Positions 31,401 to 41,500 of a stretch of DNA of 64,000 nucleotides are shown here, one piece after another. The position numbers and the translations under genes were made by a program. The notes under the pieces are model-generated. The model was not told the DNA's origin. It did not search any database and saw only the letters and a program-made list of their open reading frames with translations. Source of the DNA: Chitinophagales bacterium (lineage in GTDB: Bacteria > Bacteroidota > Bacteroidia > Chitinophagales > CAIODY01); NCBI GenBank assembly GCA_026461075.1, contig JAPJNH010000068.1, positions 11,047 through 75,046 of the forward strand. The letters are read 5' to 3'. Position 1 is the first letter of the stretch; the number at the start of each line of letters is the position of its first letter.

Positions 31401-31439
31401 GGAGAAACAAAGGCTTAAAATAATGGCAGAGAATTTCAT
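28401..31439 (-). CDS. Secreted two-domain amidohydrolase-family protein
   Basis: 1012 aa with a signal peptide (MKFSAIILSLCFSLSTLYAQ), a metal-binding HxH motif (GIIDEHSHIA) and amidohydrolase-like N- and C-terminal halves. Confidence 0.75.
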   Translation of the reverse strand: MKFSAIILSLCFSLSTLYAQSITRPVNGVHDDRTNTYRLEHVNVVYGTEGIVKTDAIVIIKKGIIVVIADSKSIASLNTKDYADAQVIDCKGLYMYPSFIDLYSDYGIAKLAKTEKSGAGEQNLSKKKGAYYWNQAIHPETDASVLFAQDNTQASNYRTFGFGMALVHQTDGIARGTSSLVNFTDNGDQLSLLKANITSCFSFSKGSSSQDYPSSLMGSIALLRQLYYDGQTGLPERNLSVEAYQKNFKSPVLFQAEDPLNVLRAHQLSKEFNQTFWIKTNGNDFKHLKDYVGNNLHLIVPINFPKALAANNPLDAQHVSWTDLKSWECAPFNPRYLAENNIDFVITANGCKSADEFLKNLRKAVHSGWSEKSALAALTIKPASYLGIQKEYGSIEIGKHANFILCNGPLFEDKTLIMQNWIEGNPYLLKDSYAQDLRGTYTMNTEGLNFPFQLICKGNLNDYEWSLVNTTDNTKNKLKVNVSVNRQQVRISFNYPKKYFLNDVPQKDSLVELQLIGEITAVGMEGVYLSPLDANLKPWKAILTKTTDSSSIKISDKIVELPELRYPFNPYGNVNMPKPVNFVFRNATLCTNTQQGNIKADLWIRNGKIYKIGTNLICPDSVKSEDFGGMFISPGIIDEHSHIAANGDVNEGTQSVTSEVRLGDVINSDDINIYRQLSGGVTSSHILHGSANPIGGQTQLIKLRWGMSPEEMKFKGAPGFIKFALGENVKQANWGENAVTRFPQTRMGVEQVLLDAFSRAKEYDLQKAKTLPAKFHKDLELEALVEIMRSQRFITCHSYVQSEINMLMHVADSFGFKVNTFTHILEGYKVADKMARHGVSGASTFSDWWAYKFEVMEAIPQNASLMSRWNIPVGINSDDAEMGRRLNQEAAKSVKYGGMNELEAFKMCTLNPAKMLHVDAFVGSLTEGKDADFVVWTAAPLSVYAVATATYVDGVCYYSLQDANQKSEFIKQDKQRLWQLMQDAKSAGEAVTNAIASGENTYYSCGGEEDKH

Positions 31440-31505
31440 TGCGCGAAATTAAAGATTCAGCTTTTAAGATAGAATAAATTAGCTAAAAAGCGTAATTTTA
31501 GGAAA

Positions 31506-32120
31506 ATGAAAACAGGGTTAATTTTGATTGGCATGGGCGGACATTCTTTCGTTGTTACGGAAGCAGCTCGTCAATGTAAAACAGAAATTGTTGGTTATAT
31601 GGATCAACAAGAAAAGACCTTAAATCCTTTTGGGTTAGACTATCTAGGTTCGGAGCAAAACAATCTCCTCCTCGAACAGTTGCGCTCGAATACTTTTCAT
31701 TTGTCTATTGGTGATAATACCTTGCGTAAGAAAATTGCATTGCATTTAAATTCGCATGAAGTACGTTTTAGTACAATTTGTCATCCTTCAAGTGTTATTG
31801 CTAACAACAGTGAAATTGGCTTTGGCAGTTTTTGTTCGGCCAATTCAGTTATTCAACCGTTGGCTAAAATAGGCCATCATTGTATCATTAATACTGCAGC
31901 CATTATAGAGCATGAATGTGTAATTGGCGACTTTTCCCACATCGCTCCAGGCGCTGTTTTGTGTGGAAATGTACAAATTGGAGAAGGTACTTTAGTTGGC
32001 GCAAGGACTGTTATTCGTCCGGGAATTCACATTGGTAAAAATTGTGTTATTGGAGCTGGCTCTGTGGTGGTTAAAAACATTCCAGACAACAGTTTGGTAT
32101 TCGGGAATCCTGCAAAATAG
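31506..32120 (+). CDS. NeuD/PglD-family sugar N/O-acetyltransferase (left-handed beta-helix)
   Basis: 204 aa. A small N-terminal Rossmann-like domain (LILIGMGGHSFVV) is followed by hexapeptide repeats (IGHHCIINTAAIIEHECVIGDFSHIAPGAVL). Confidence 0.8.
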   Translation: MKTGLILIGMGGHSFVVTEAARQCKTEIVGYMDQQEKTLNPFGLDYLGSEQNNLLLEQLRSNTFHLSIGDNTLRKKIALHLNSHEVRFSTICHPSSVIANNSEIGFGSFCSANSVIQPLAKIGHHCIINTAAIIEHECVIGDFSHIAPGAVLCGNVQIGEGTLVGARTVIRPGIHIGKNCVIGAGSVVVKNIPDNSLVFGNPAK

Positions 32121-32127
32121 AAATTAA

Positions 32128-33183
32128 ATGAGACACTTAAATTCACTGATATCTTATAAAAGTAGCATAAAAGAGGCTCTTGCTAAATTTAATCAATTAG
32201 CGCCGGAGGCCTTGGCACAAACTACTTTGTTTGTCTATGGATCTAAGAAAATTATAGTAGGTGTACTCACCGAAGGAGATATCCGTCGTGCTATGCTTGC
32301 GGGAATTAATTTGGAAGAAAGCGTTGAAATTGCGATGAATAAGCAGTTTCACTATTTTGATGAAAAGAATTACTGCGAAGAGAAATTAGAGATTTTTAAA
32401 AAGAAAAAAATACGTTTCATACCTTTCATAAATAAAGACAAGACATTAAGTCATGTAATCGACCTAAATGATTTGCATGCTGTTTTGCCTATCGAAGCCG
32501 TAATTATGGCAGGTGGTAAAGGAGAACGTCTTCGTCCATTAACCTTGGATATGCCGAAGCCGATGTTGAAGGTTGGCACTAAACCAATTTTGGAACACAC
32601 CATTTTACGTCTTAAAAAGTTCGGCGTTTCTAAGTTTCATTTGAGTGTAAATTACCAGAAAGAGAAAATACAGTCTTATTTTGAAAATGGAGCCAATTAC
32701 GGCTGTTCGATCAACTATCTTATTGAAAAAGATCCATTAGGCACGATAGGAAGTGTTGGCCTAGCCAAAAACATTCAATCTGATTATCTCTTGGTAATGA
32801 ATGGAGATTTGCTTACCAATATTGATTTCAAAGCATTTCATCAAGTTGCATTAAAATCGAAAGCAGCCATCTGTATCGCGACAATAGAGCATTACGTAGA
32901 CATTCCTTATGCTGTTTTGGAACAAAATGGTAATAAAGTGAAAGGTCTCATGGAAAAGCCGAAAATGGCCTATCCAGTAAACGCTGGTATTTATATGATA
33001 CGAAAGGATCTATTAAAGTGGATTCCTTCCAAAAAGGTTTTTCATGCTACAGACCTTATACAGAAGGCATTAGACAAAGGAGAAAAGGTACATTCCTTCC
33101 CTATCAATGGCTACTGGACAGATATCGGAAGATTGGAAGATTACCAAAAAGTACAGCTAGACATACAGCATTTAAATTGGTAA
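32128..33183 (+). CDS. CBS-domain-containing sugar-phosphate nucleotidyltransferase
   Basis: 351 aa with an N-terminal CBS-like region followed by the nucleotidyltransferase motif VIMAGGKGERLRPLT. Confidence 0.8.
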   Translation: MRHLNSLISYKSSIKEALAKFNQLAPEALAQTTLFVYGSKKIIVGVLTEGDIRRAMLAGINLEESVEIAMNKQFHYFDEKNYCEEKLEIFKKKKIRFIPFINKDKTLSHVIDLNDLHAVLPIEAVIMAGGKGERLRPLTLDMPKPMLKVGTKPILEHTILRLKKFGVSKFHLSVNYQKEKIQSYFENGANYGCSINYLIEKDPLGTIGSVGLAKNIQSDYLLVMNGDLLTNIDFKAFHQVALKSKAAICIATIEHYVDIPYAVLEQNGNKVKGLMEKPKMAYPVNAGIYMIRKDLLKWIPSKKVFHATDLIQKALDKGEKVHSFPINGYWTDIGRLEDYQKVQLDIQHLNW

Positions 33184-33254
33184 GGTTTTCATAACGGGAA
33201 ATGTTCATTTTTAGGGCTTTTATGCTTATATTTGATTTCCTAAAAACGGATTTC

Positions 33255-35666
33255 ATGAAAAAATTTGCCTTAGCTCTATTTATCGGGCTTTTGTCGATTA
33301 CTTTGGGCACAAACGCTCAAGTAATCACCGCTATTGACTCTGTTCAATACATTAATTCTACCGACTTATCTATTGGAAACGACCTATCTTACCATAATGG
33401 TGACACTTTATGGATTCAAGGCGTTTGTACGTTCCAACCTTGTTTGTATGCTCAATCAGGCAGCACAGGTTATCCTCAACGTGTAGCAAGCTTTCTTCAA
33501 AATCCAGGAAGTACAGGATTTGGTGGAATTCAAGTATTTATCGATCCGGCAGCAATTGGCATGACAAATGCAAGCGATTCTGTACACGCATTAGATAACT
33601 ACACCAACTTCGTTAACAATTTCCAACCAGGTACATTAGTTAAATGTAAAGGTATCGTTTCAAATTTCGGAGGCAACACACAATTCTTGTTGGTAAAAAC
33701 TCCGTCAGTAGCTTTAGGTGCTGCAGCAATGCCATCTCCGATTGTTATTACCGTTGATTCACTTTCTAAATTGAATTCACAAACTGCTTCGCAATCTATC
33801 CAATATCTTTCTGGAGAGAAATACGAAGGGATGTATGTACAAATCAATAATCCAATTGTAACAAATGTGAGCACTACAACAGCTAACCGTTATCGTTGGT
33901 CTATTACGGATGGTGCTGGTAACGTTATCTCTATCCAAGACAACCTTTCAGGTAATTTCACCAATACCGCTTATGATCAATTCTGTACTACGGGTGGTGT
34001 GAGCTATACGCCAAACACCTATACTGGATATCCTAATGGAACAGCATTAAGTTACGTTCGTGGAATAATCGTTCAAAACACTAATACTACCACTGGTGAG
34101 AAATATTATTCATTAGCTCCAGTATTGTTATCGGACGTAGGTGGACCAACATTCGCTCCTCCAGTTATTTCTAACGTTCATATCAATCCTTTCTGCCCTA
34201 CCTCAACACAAAGTGTGAACGTTTATGCTGATGTAACAGACGATTCAAGTGTAGTATCTGTTAAAGTTCATTATGCTTTTGGCTTAAGCAATAATACTTT
34301 CACTGCTGTGAATGCAAGCTTAAGTGCAGGTTCAACCTACGTAGGTGTGATTCCTGCTACTACTACTGATAGCACTTGGGTGAAATACTTTATCGAAGCT
34401 ATCGATAATGGTGGTCACTCAAAATTCTATCCAGATGCAGTTGCAACTAACTCTTATTACCTTGCAATCGATAAAGGAATCAATTCTATTGCAGCCATTC
34501 AAGGTCGCACCTTTACCAATGGATCATCCATCTATGCAAACGATTCTTTAACGAACCTTAGCATAGAAGGCGTGGTTACTTCCTCTTCTCAAACCGATGA
34601 CTTAGGTCTAGTAGCTATTCAAGATGGAAATAACTTATTCAGCGGAATCTTCATCGCAGGTGGCAATGTAAGTAATTTACACCGTGGCGAACGTATTCGT
34701 ATCAGCTCAGCTAAAGTGACTGAAAGTTTCTATGTTACAACATTGAACAACCCTAGTTTCACGATTTTATCTAGTGGAAATACACTTCCGACACCTATCA
34801 CTAACTTCCCTATCGATTCGTTCAATGCAAATCGTCACACGATTGCAGAACCTTATGAAGCAATGTTATTAGGAGTTACTAACGTAGCAGTTATCGATAC
34901 TAACCCTGATTTCTCTGCAGGTAAAAACTATGGTGAATTTAGTGTGCACCCAACATCTAGCGTTGCTAAAGGTTTACGCTGCGATGATCAATCTAATGAT
35001 ATCTGGTTTGGTTTCAATACGGATTCAGTAGCAATTGGACAAAATCTTTGTTTTGTAAATGGTATTTGTACTTATTCTTTCGGTAACTGGAAATTATTAC
35101 CACGTAACTTGAGTGATATCTGTGGATTTACAACAACCTACAGCAAACAAATTACCAACTTCAGTATTAATTCCATTCCTGCTTTCATCAACCAAAGCGC
35201 AAAAACGATTGCAATCACTTTAGCTTCCGGAACTAACGTTACCGCATTAAGTCCTGCAGTTAATTTCTTAGGTCAAACTTTATCACCAAATTCTGGTGTT
35301 GCTACAGACTTCACTAACCCTGTTAACTACGTGGTTACTGCAGCGGATAATACCACTGTAACCTATGTGGTAACAGTAACTGTTTTAAGTGGAATTGAAG
35401 AAATCGGATTAAATGCTGTTTCATTATTCCCTAACCCTGCTTCAAATCAAATGAACATTCAACTGAATGCAACCCAAAACAATACACTTCAATTAGAAGT
35501 ATTAAATGGTGTTGGTCAAGTTGTTTACACCAACAAAGCTCGCGTGAGCAATGGCAATAACAACTATTCTTTAAATGTTTCAGAATGGAATAATGGCGTT
35601 TATTTCTTACAAATCAGTGCTCCGAACGGAATGAAGTCGACTCATCGCTTTTCTGTCGCTCACTAA
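33255..35666 (+). CDS. T9SS-sorted secreted/surface protein of unknown function
   Basis: The signal peptide is MKKFALALFIGLLSITLGTNAQ, with a preferred start at 33255. The body is a large Thr/Asn-rich beta-type region. The C-terminal Por_Secre_tail-like domain runs SLFPNPASNQMNIQL...GVYFLQI. Confidence 0.7.
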   Translation: MKKFALALFIGLLSITLGTNAQVITAIDSVQYINSTDLSIGNDLSYHNGDTLWIQGVCTFQPCLYAQSGSTGYPQRVASFLQNPGSTGFGGIQVFIDPAAIGMTNASDSVHALDNYTNFVNNFQPGTLVKCKGIVSNFGGNTQFLLVKTPSVALGAAAMPSPIVITVDSLSKLNSQTASQSIQYLSGEKYEGMYVQINNPIVTNVSTTTANRYRWSITDGAGNVISIQDNLSGNFTNTAYDQFCTTGGVSYTPNTYTGYPNGTALSYVRGIIVQNTNTTTGEKYYSLAPVLLSDVGGPTFAPPVISNVHINPFCPTSTQSVNVYADVTDDSSVVSVKVHYAFGLSNNTFTAVNASLSAGSTYVGVIPATTTDSTWVKYFIEAIDNGGHSKFYPDAVATNSYYLAIDKGINSIAAIQGRTFTNGSSIYANDSLTNLSIEGVVTSSSQTDDLGLVAIQDGNNLFSGIFIAGGNVSNLHRGERIRISSAKVTESFYVTTLNNPSFTILSSGNTLPTPITNFPIDSFNANRHTIAEPYEAMLLGVTNVAVIDTNPDFSAGKNYGEFSVHPTSSVAKGLRCDDQSNDIWFGFNTDSVAIGQNLCFVNGICTYSFGNWKLLPRNLSDICGFTTTYSKQITNFSINSIPAFINQSAKTIAITLASGTNVTALSPAVNFLGQTLSPNSGVATDFTNPVNYVVTAADNTTVTYVVTVTVLSGIEEIGLNAVSLFPNPASNQMNIQLNATQNNTLQLEVLNGVGQVVYTNKARVSNGNNNYSLNVSEWNNGVYFLQISAPNGMKSTHRFSVAH

Positions 35667-35684
35667 TTCATTCCTCGATATTCT

Positions 35685-35715
35685 AAAAAGCCCCTCTAAA
35701 CAGAGGGGCTTTTTA
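35685..35715 (+). terminator. Rho-independent terminator downstream of the T9SS cargo gene
   Basis: AGCCCCTCT pairs with AGAGGGGCT (9-bp stem, 4-nt loop), followed by a T-run. Confidence 0.8.
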
Positions 35716-35750
35716 TTTATAACATATTTGGGCATTAGCAGTCATTTTGA

Positions 35751-35758
35751 TAAATTTG
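35751..35758 (+). promoter_or_regulatory. Candidate -7 promoter box (TAAATTTG) for the cysteine desulfurase gene
   Basis: Exact TAnnTTTG match ending only 4 nt before the ATG at 35763, which would give a leaderless or near-leaderless mRNA. Confidence 0.4.
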
Positions 35759-35762
35759 CAAC

Positions 35763-36908
35763 ATGAGTACTAATACGAGAATTTACTTTGACAATGCAGC
35801 TACCACTGACATTGACCCAATCGTTGCCGAAGCGATGATTCCGCTTATTAAGGATGGTTTTGGAAACCCCTCTTCCATTTACTCTTATGGAAGAGAAATC
35901 AAATCAGTTTTGGAAGGAGCTCGTAAATCGGTTGCTCAATTATTGGGTGCAAACCCAGGAGAAATTTTCTTTACTTCTGGTGGAACAGAGAGTGCAAATA
36001 TGATTCTCCGTCGTGCGGTGTATGATCTAGGAGTAAAACACATCATTTCCTCTCCTATCGAACACCACTGCATTACACATACTGTCGATGATATCGATCG
36101 TCTTGGTCATGCAAAAGCCCATTGGGTAGCCCTTTTAAAAGACGGTTCAATTGACTTAACTGATTTAGAAGAAAAGTTAAAATCGTTAAAGGGAGAGAAA
36201 ACAATCGTTTCATTAATGCACGCGAATAATGAAATCGGGAACCTATTAGATATTGAAAAAGTAGGCGCTTTAGTGCACTCCTATGATGCGCTTTTTCATT
36301 CAGATACCGTTCAAACTATTGCGCATTATAAATTCAATTTGAAAGAAATGCCAGTTGACTTTATCACTGGCTCTGGACATAAATTCCATGGACCAAAAGG
36401 AACAGGTATTGTTTACATTAGTGATAAAGTAAAAATTCATCCATTTATCACTGGAGGAGGTCAGGAACGCAATATGCGTGCAGGAACCGAAAACGTATAT
36501 GGTATCGCTGGTTTCGCAAAAGCAATGGAAATTGCCTACGCTAATTTTGAAACTGAAAAAGCACATATATCTGCTGTTAAGGAATATATGCGTGAACAGC
36601 TAAAACAAAACTTCCCAGACATTAGCTTTAATGGAAATCAAGGCGAATGGTCTTTATACACGGTATTAAGTACTGCGTTTCCTAAAAATGAAAAAACAGA
36701 AATGTTACTATACACCTTAGATATGGCGGGCATTTGTGTTAGTGGTGGCTCTGCTTGTAGCAGTGGCGCTTCTGCGGGTAGTCATGTAATCCAAGCCTTA
36801 TATAAGGGTCAAGCAAATCAAAGTACCATTCGTTTTTCATTCTCGAAAAACAATACAAAAGAACAAGTGGATATTGTGATCAATAAACTAAAGGAGCTTT
36901 TAGCCTAG
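35763..36908 (+). CDS. Cysteine desulfurase (class V aminotransferase, NifS/IscS-like)
   Basis: 381 aa with the PLP-lysine motif SGHKFHGPKG and an active-site cysteine loop (SGGSACSSG). Confidence 0.85.
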   Translation: MSTNTRIYFDNAATTDIDPIVAEAMIPLIKDGFGNPSSIYSYGREIKSVLEGARKSVAQLLGANPGEIFFTSGGTESANMILRRAVYDLGVKHIISSPIEHHCITHTVDDIDRLGHAKAHWVALLKDGSIDLTDLEEKLKSLKGEKTIVSLMHANNEIGNLLDIEKVGALVHSYDALFHSDTVQTIAHYKFNLKEMPVDFITGSGHKFHGPKGTGIVYISDKVKIHPFITGGGQERNMRAGTENVYGIAGFAKAMEIAYANFETEKAHISAVKEYMREQLKQNFPDISFNGNQGEWSLYTVLSTAFPKNEKTEMLLYTLDMAGICVSGGSACSSGASAGSHVIQALYKGQANQSTIRFSFSKNNTKEQVDIVINKLKELLA

Positions 36909-36925
36909 TTAGAAAATAGTATTTA

Positions 36926-36961
36926 TAAAAAAAGGGATAACATCGTTATCCCTTTTTTTTA
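36926..36961. terminator. Bidirectional intrinsic terminator between the convergent desulfurase and carboxyltransferase genes
   Basis: GGGATAAC pairs with GTTATCCC (8-bp stem, 3-nt loop), flanked by an 8-nt A-run and an 8-nt T-run. Confidence 0.8.
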
Positions 36962-36978
36962 TTTGGTACAGTGAATTT

Positions 36979-38523
36979 TTACAATGGGATATTACCATGC
37001 TTTTTACGTGGATTGTTTACCACCTTATTCTCTAACATAGCATAAGCACGAATCAATTTCAAGCGTGTTGTAGCCGGTTCAATTACCTCATCAATAAAGC
37101 CACGAGCCGCTGCACCATAAGGGTTTGCAAACTTCTCTGCATATAAATCCGTTTTTTCTTTTAATGCTTGTTCAGGACTGGCCGATCTTTCAATTTCCTT
37201 TTTGAAGATAATTTCAACCGCACCTTTCGCCCCCATAACAGCAATTTCCGCTGTTGGCCATGCATAGTTCATATCAGCGCCGATATGCTTACTATTCATA
37301 ACGTCATAGGCACCACCATAAGCTTTACGTGTAATCACAGTGACTTTCGGAACGGTTGCTTCGCTTAATGCATACAACAATTTCGCTCCGTTAGTAATAA
37401 TACCATGCCACTCCTGATCCGTTCCTGGAAGGAATCCTGGTACATCCACCAATACCAACAATGGAATATTAAAACAGTCACAGAAACGCACAAAACGAGC
37501 GCCTTTACGACTAGAATTGATATCCAACACACCTGCTAAAACAGCTGGCTGATTTGCCACAATACCAACGCTTTTTCCTGCAATACGTGCAAAACCAACT
37601 ACGATGTTCTCAGCCCAATCTTTATGTACTTCTGTAAAACTTTCTTCGTCAATTAATCCTTCGATCACCTCGCGCATATCATAAGGCTGGTTAGGATTTT
37701 CTGGAATCAACTTATTCAAAGCCTCTCTACGTTCATCACTCAACACTTCATATGGAAGTGATTTAGGCTTCTCCTCACAATTTTGAGGCATATAACTCAA
37801 TAAGCGTTTCAATAACTGAATGGCTTCTACTTCATTGCCACAAGTAAAATGTGTCACACCACTTTTAGAAGCATGTGTATTCGCACCACCCAAATCCTCG
37901 CTGCTCACCTCTTCATGCGTAACCGTCTTAACCACGTTTGGACCTGTTACAAACATATAACTCGACTTCTCTACCATCATGATAAAATCAGTGATAGCAG
38001 GAGAATATACAGCACCTCCAGCACATGGCCCCATAATAGCAGATAACTGAGGAATCACACCAGATGCAACGGTATTACGATAGAAGATATCAGCATAGCC
38101 GCCTAATGAAACCACCCCTTCTTGAATACGCGCTCCGCCACTATCATTCAATCCAATAACTGGCGCTCCGTTCTTCATAGCTAAATCCATTAGCTTACAA
38201 ATTTTCTCTGCATGTGTTTCACTTAAGGAACCACCGAAGACAGTGAAGTCTTGTGAGAAAACGTAAGTCAAGCGACCATTGATAGTTCCGTAGCCAGTAA
38301 CTACCCCATCTCCTAAATAGATTTCTTTCTCCATGCCAAAGTCAGTAGAACGGTGTGTAACCATCATTCCGATTTCTTCAAAAGAGCCTTCATCCATTAA
38401 CAAGTCTATTCTTTCGCGAGCCGTAAGCTTTCCTTTTTTATGTTGCGAAGCAATACGTTCTACCCCACCACCTAATTTGGCCTTTTCAATCTTTTCGTTT
38501 AGTATGTTCAAATGCTTTTCCAT
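36979..38523 (-). CDS. Acyl-CoA carboxylase carboxyltransferase (beta) subunit, propionyl-CoA/methylmalonyl-CoA type
   Basis: 514 aa with full-length similarity to PccB/MmdA-type carboxyltransferases ([32 protein letters not shown]). Confidence 0.9.
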   Translation of the reverse strand: MEKHLNILNEKIEKAKLGGGVERIASQHKKGKLTARERIDLLMDEGSFEEIGMMVTHRSTDFGMEKEIYLGDGVVTGYGTINGRLTYVFSQDFTVFGGSLSETHAEKICKLMDLAMKNGAPVIGLNDSGGARIQEGVVSLGGYADIFYRNTVASGVIPQLSAIMGPCAGGAVYSPAITDFIMMVEKSSYMFVTGPNVVKTVTHEEVSSEDLGGANTHASKSGVTHFTCGNEVEAIQLLKRLLSYMPQNCEEKPKSLPYEVLSDERREALNKLIPENPNQPYDMREVIEGLIDEESFTEVHKDWAENIVVGFARIAGKSVGIVANQPAVLAGVLDINSSRKGARFVRFCDCFNIPLLVLVDVPGFLPGTDQEWHGIITNGAKLLYALSEATVPKVTVITRKAYGGAYDVMNSKHIGADMNYAWPTAEIAVMGAKGAVEIIFKKEIERSASPEQALKEKTDLYAEKFANPYGAAARGFIDEVIEPATTRLKLIRAYAMLENKVVNNPRKKHGNIPL

Positions 38524-38568
38524 AATATAATTTCGTTCTCAAATTTACATAAAACCCTGCGAATTACC

Positions 38569-41500
38569 TTATCGCATCAAATACATCTTTCCAAATCCAC
38601 TCTTAAAATAGGCATCTGCTCCCGAACTCAAAATATCCATATTTTGCCCGTCTAATTTAGTAACAACACGATAGAAATAAACTCCGTTACCCAAAGGGTC
38701 GCCATATTGATCAGTACCATCCCAAGCATAAGTGCTGATATTTCTACCTATGTGCAAATCCAAACCAAGTTCATTCAATGTCAATTCTCGCACCATTTTA
38801 CCACTCACACTAAAAATTTGGATTTTGAAATAATCTGGTAAAACGCTTCCTGTCAAAGTAAAGACAAACCTCGTACTCGTAGTAAACGGATTTGGATAAT
38901 TCATCACCTGCGTAATACTTGAGTTTGTAATTACATTAAATCCGATTTCATAACTTAAATCGCCAGCTAAATTCCCGCTACGATCCAAACCTTGCACCTT
39001 CAATTTGTATTCTCCGTCTTGATTCAAACTAGGATTTAATTTTAAGCGAGCTGTATTCGATTTAGAACCTCTTTGCGCAGGATAGAATACCAATCCTGAG
39101 TTTGCACTAGTCTGCTGAACATAGGTGGTGCTGTTCGGAGATTTAAGCCAAGCCGTCAACACATTGATACTATCTAGGATTAAAAATAGATTTTCATCAT
39201 TTAATCGCACATCAATTTCGGGATGCGGACTAACAATATCCCCATCTAAAATGCGTTGATGATCGAAGGTTACATCCAAAATAGGATTCACATTATCGCG
39301 TGTTACTAGGAAACTAAGCTTAGCTAAATTATTAAAATGATGTTGCTCTGGTTTGTGATAATAATTGCTTGGATTAAGTTCAATAAGCAATGTATTCAAA
39401 GCAACAAGATTCATCGAATTTAACTTTAAATAAGCCCAAACTGTGTCTGCAGAAGGCATTTTACGATATACCTGATAAAATACATCCTGCTGATTATTCG
39501 CCTTAATCAAGGTGTATTTCACTCGTAATGTATCAAAGGCTACTGGGCTAATATTTCTAACTAACCATTTCATTACAAATGGATCCCCCCGCTGTAAGGT
39601 ATCCTTATGAACGTATTGTCCGCCATTTTTATCTAAGGCAACATCTGGTAATGGAGAATAATTTACGCGCCAATACTGCAACTGAGCAGGGGTTCTATGT
39701 ATCGTATCTTTGCTCGTTAAACGCAATTTCAGTTGCGGATATTGAACAGCACTAATAAAGTTTAAATTGATGTCTGCAGTGCTAGCAGTTGAATTGGTAT
39801 AAACAACCGTTTCCAAACCAGCAGTATCTATACCAATGACTTCTAATAGATCTACATCCGTACTTGGAGTTTCATAAGGTGTATAGCGCCAATGTAAACT
39901 CGACCAACTTTGCGCTGGCCCTATTATAGTGGAGGTAACAGAACCTTGAAACCAATTACCATAAAATTGGAAAGAGGTATCTACCAATCCTCCCGGCAAT
40001 CCTGCTTGCACCTCATGTACTGGATATCCATGTCCGCCCTTTCTTCCAAAGTAAACATAAGTACGGGAAGCAGTCATGGTATCAAGAACAGCAGTCCCTA
40101 ATACGGTATGTAAAGTGTTCCGTAGACTTGGGTCAAATCCGGCAGGATTAAAGGTGTTAATGCTATAAAGCAATACATAGGCTCCGTCAGGAACATAATT
40201 ATTTAAGAAGTTACTTAAATAGGATTGTTGCTGTGTGACGGAGCTTGCAGTATTATTCGGAGAAAAGGAACCCCAAGTACTCGCAGTGAGATAGCCGTTG
40301 GTCAAATACTGAAACACATTCAGGTTTTGGTTCCCCGAACAATTATAATCTCCTTGTTGAATATTAGGATAATTACTTATCAAAGGAGTTCCTGTTAGCG
40401 AATCGAGCACGGCAATATTAAAACCTCCATAAGCTGGTGATGGACCTCCATATACACCATAAGGGATACAAGAGCCTCCATTGTTCATTTTTTGATAATC
40501 TAAATAGGCAGAAACTTGATCACTACTTCCATTACCGAAATCGCGCACTTTCATGGTTCTCACATTATTCGCGTAATGAAATATTCTATCGGCTTCTATA
40601 CTTTCTGTTAAAAAATCGTCGTTTTTAAACTCAAAATAATGCGATTGATCCCAACCTGTGGAAGAACCTTTGATATAAGTAAAAGAAGTAGTGTGCCAAT
40701 TTAATTGATGATTACCGTATAAAGTATCGACAGCCACGCGCCAATAATAAACGGTACTATCCATCCACTTCTTAATGCCTCCCTTCCATTGAACAACACC
40801 GCCAACCTGGCGAATATAATTCGTCTGACGTAAGCTACTATTAAATAAGGCTGTAGTATCTGATTCAATACGATAATAACGCGTTGGAGCGTTTGCCTCT
40901 ACGGTACTAGCCTTTAAATAAAAGTTAGTTGTATCCCCTACAATTGCATAAGGGTAAGGGAAAATGGGTAAGATGTCTAATGAAGAAACAGAAAAAGTAA
41001 TCGATGCCTCATTATTATTATCATCAATTTCTGAAAGCTTATTTTGAGGATCAATAATAACAGTTAATTTATTCAAACCTAGTGCACGATCAGGCTCTGT
41101 ATTTATAGCAATATCAAATGATTGATTATAGGAAGGCGTTGCAATGCGCAATTGCTGAATTAAACTAGGGACAGAACCCGGACTCATATCGGGTTTCGGA
41201 AAATAACGCAGTACAAGAATATCTAATGAATCCTTTTTATATCTTCCAATATTTCGAACGTCAAAAAGCAAATGGAATTGACCACCTTGTTCAAAAGAAA
41301 TGTTTCGTGGATTTAGTCGCATCAAGGTAGAGTCGATAACATAATCGGCCTCAGGATGCGGATTGATTCGTATCGCAGGATCTCCATTCAACAACATTTG
41401 CTCTGCAGCAATAATAATGTCTTGAGAATTTATGTTTTGATTGCGCAATAATGAATCACGTGTAAGTCGAATACACTCTCCTATTGTATTGCCGTAATTT

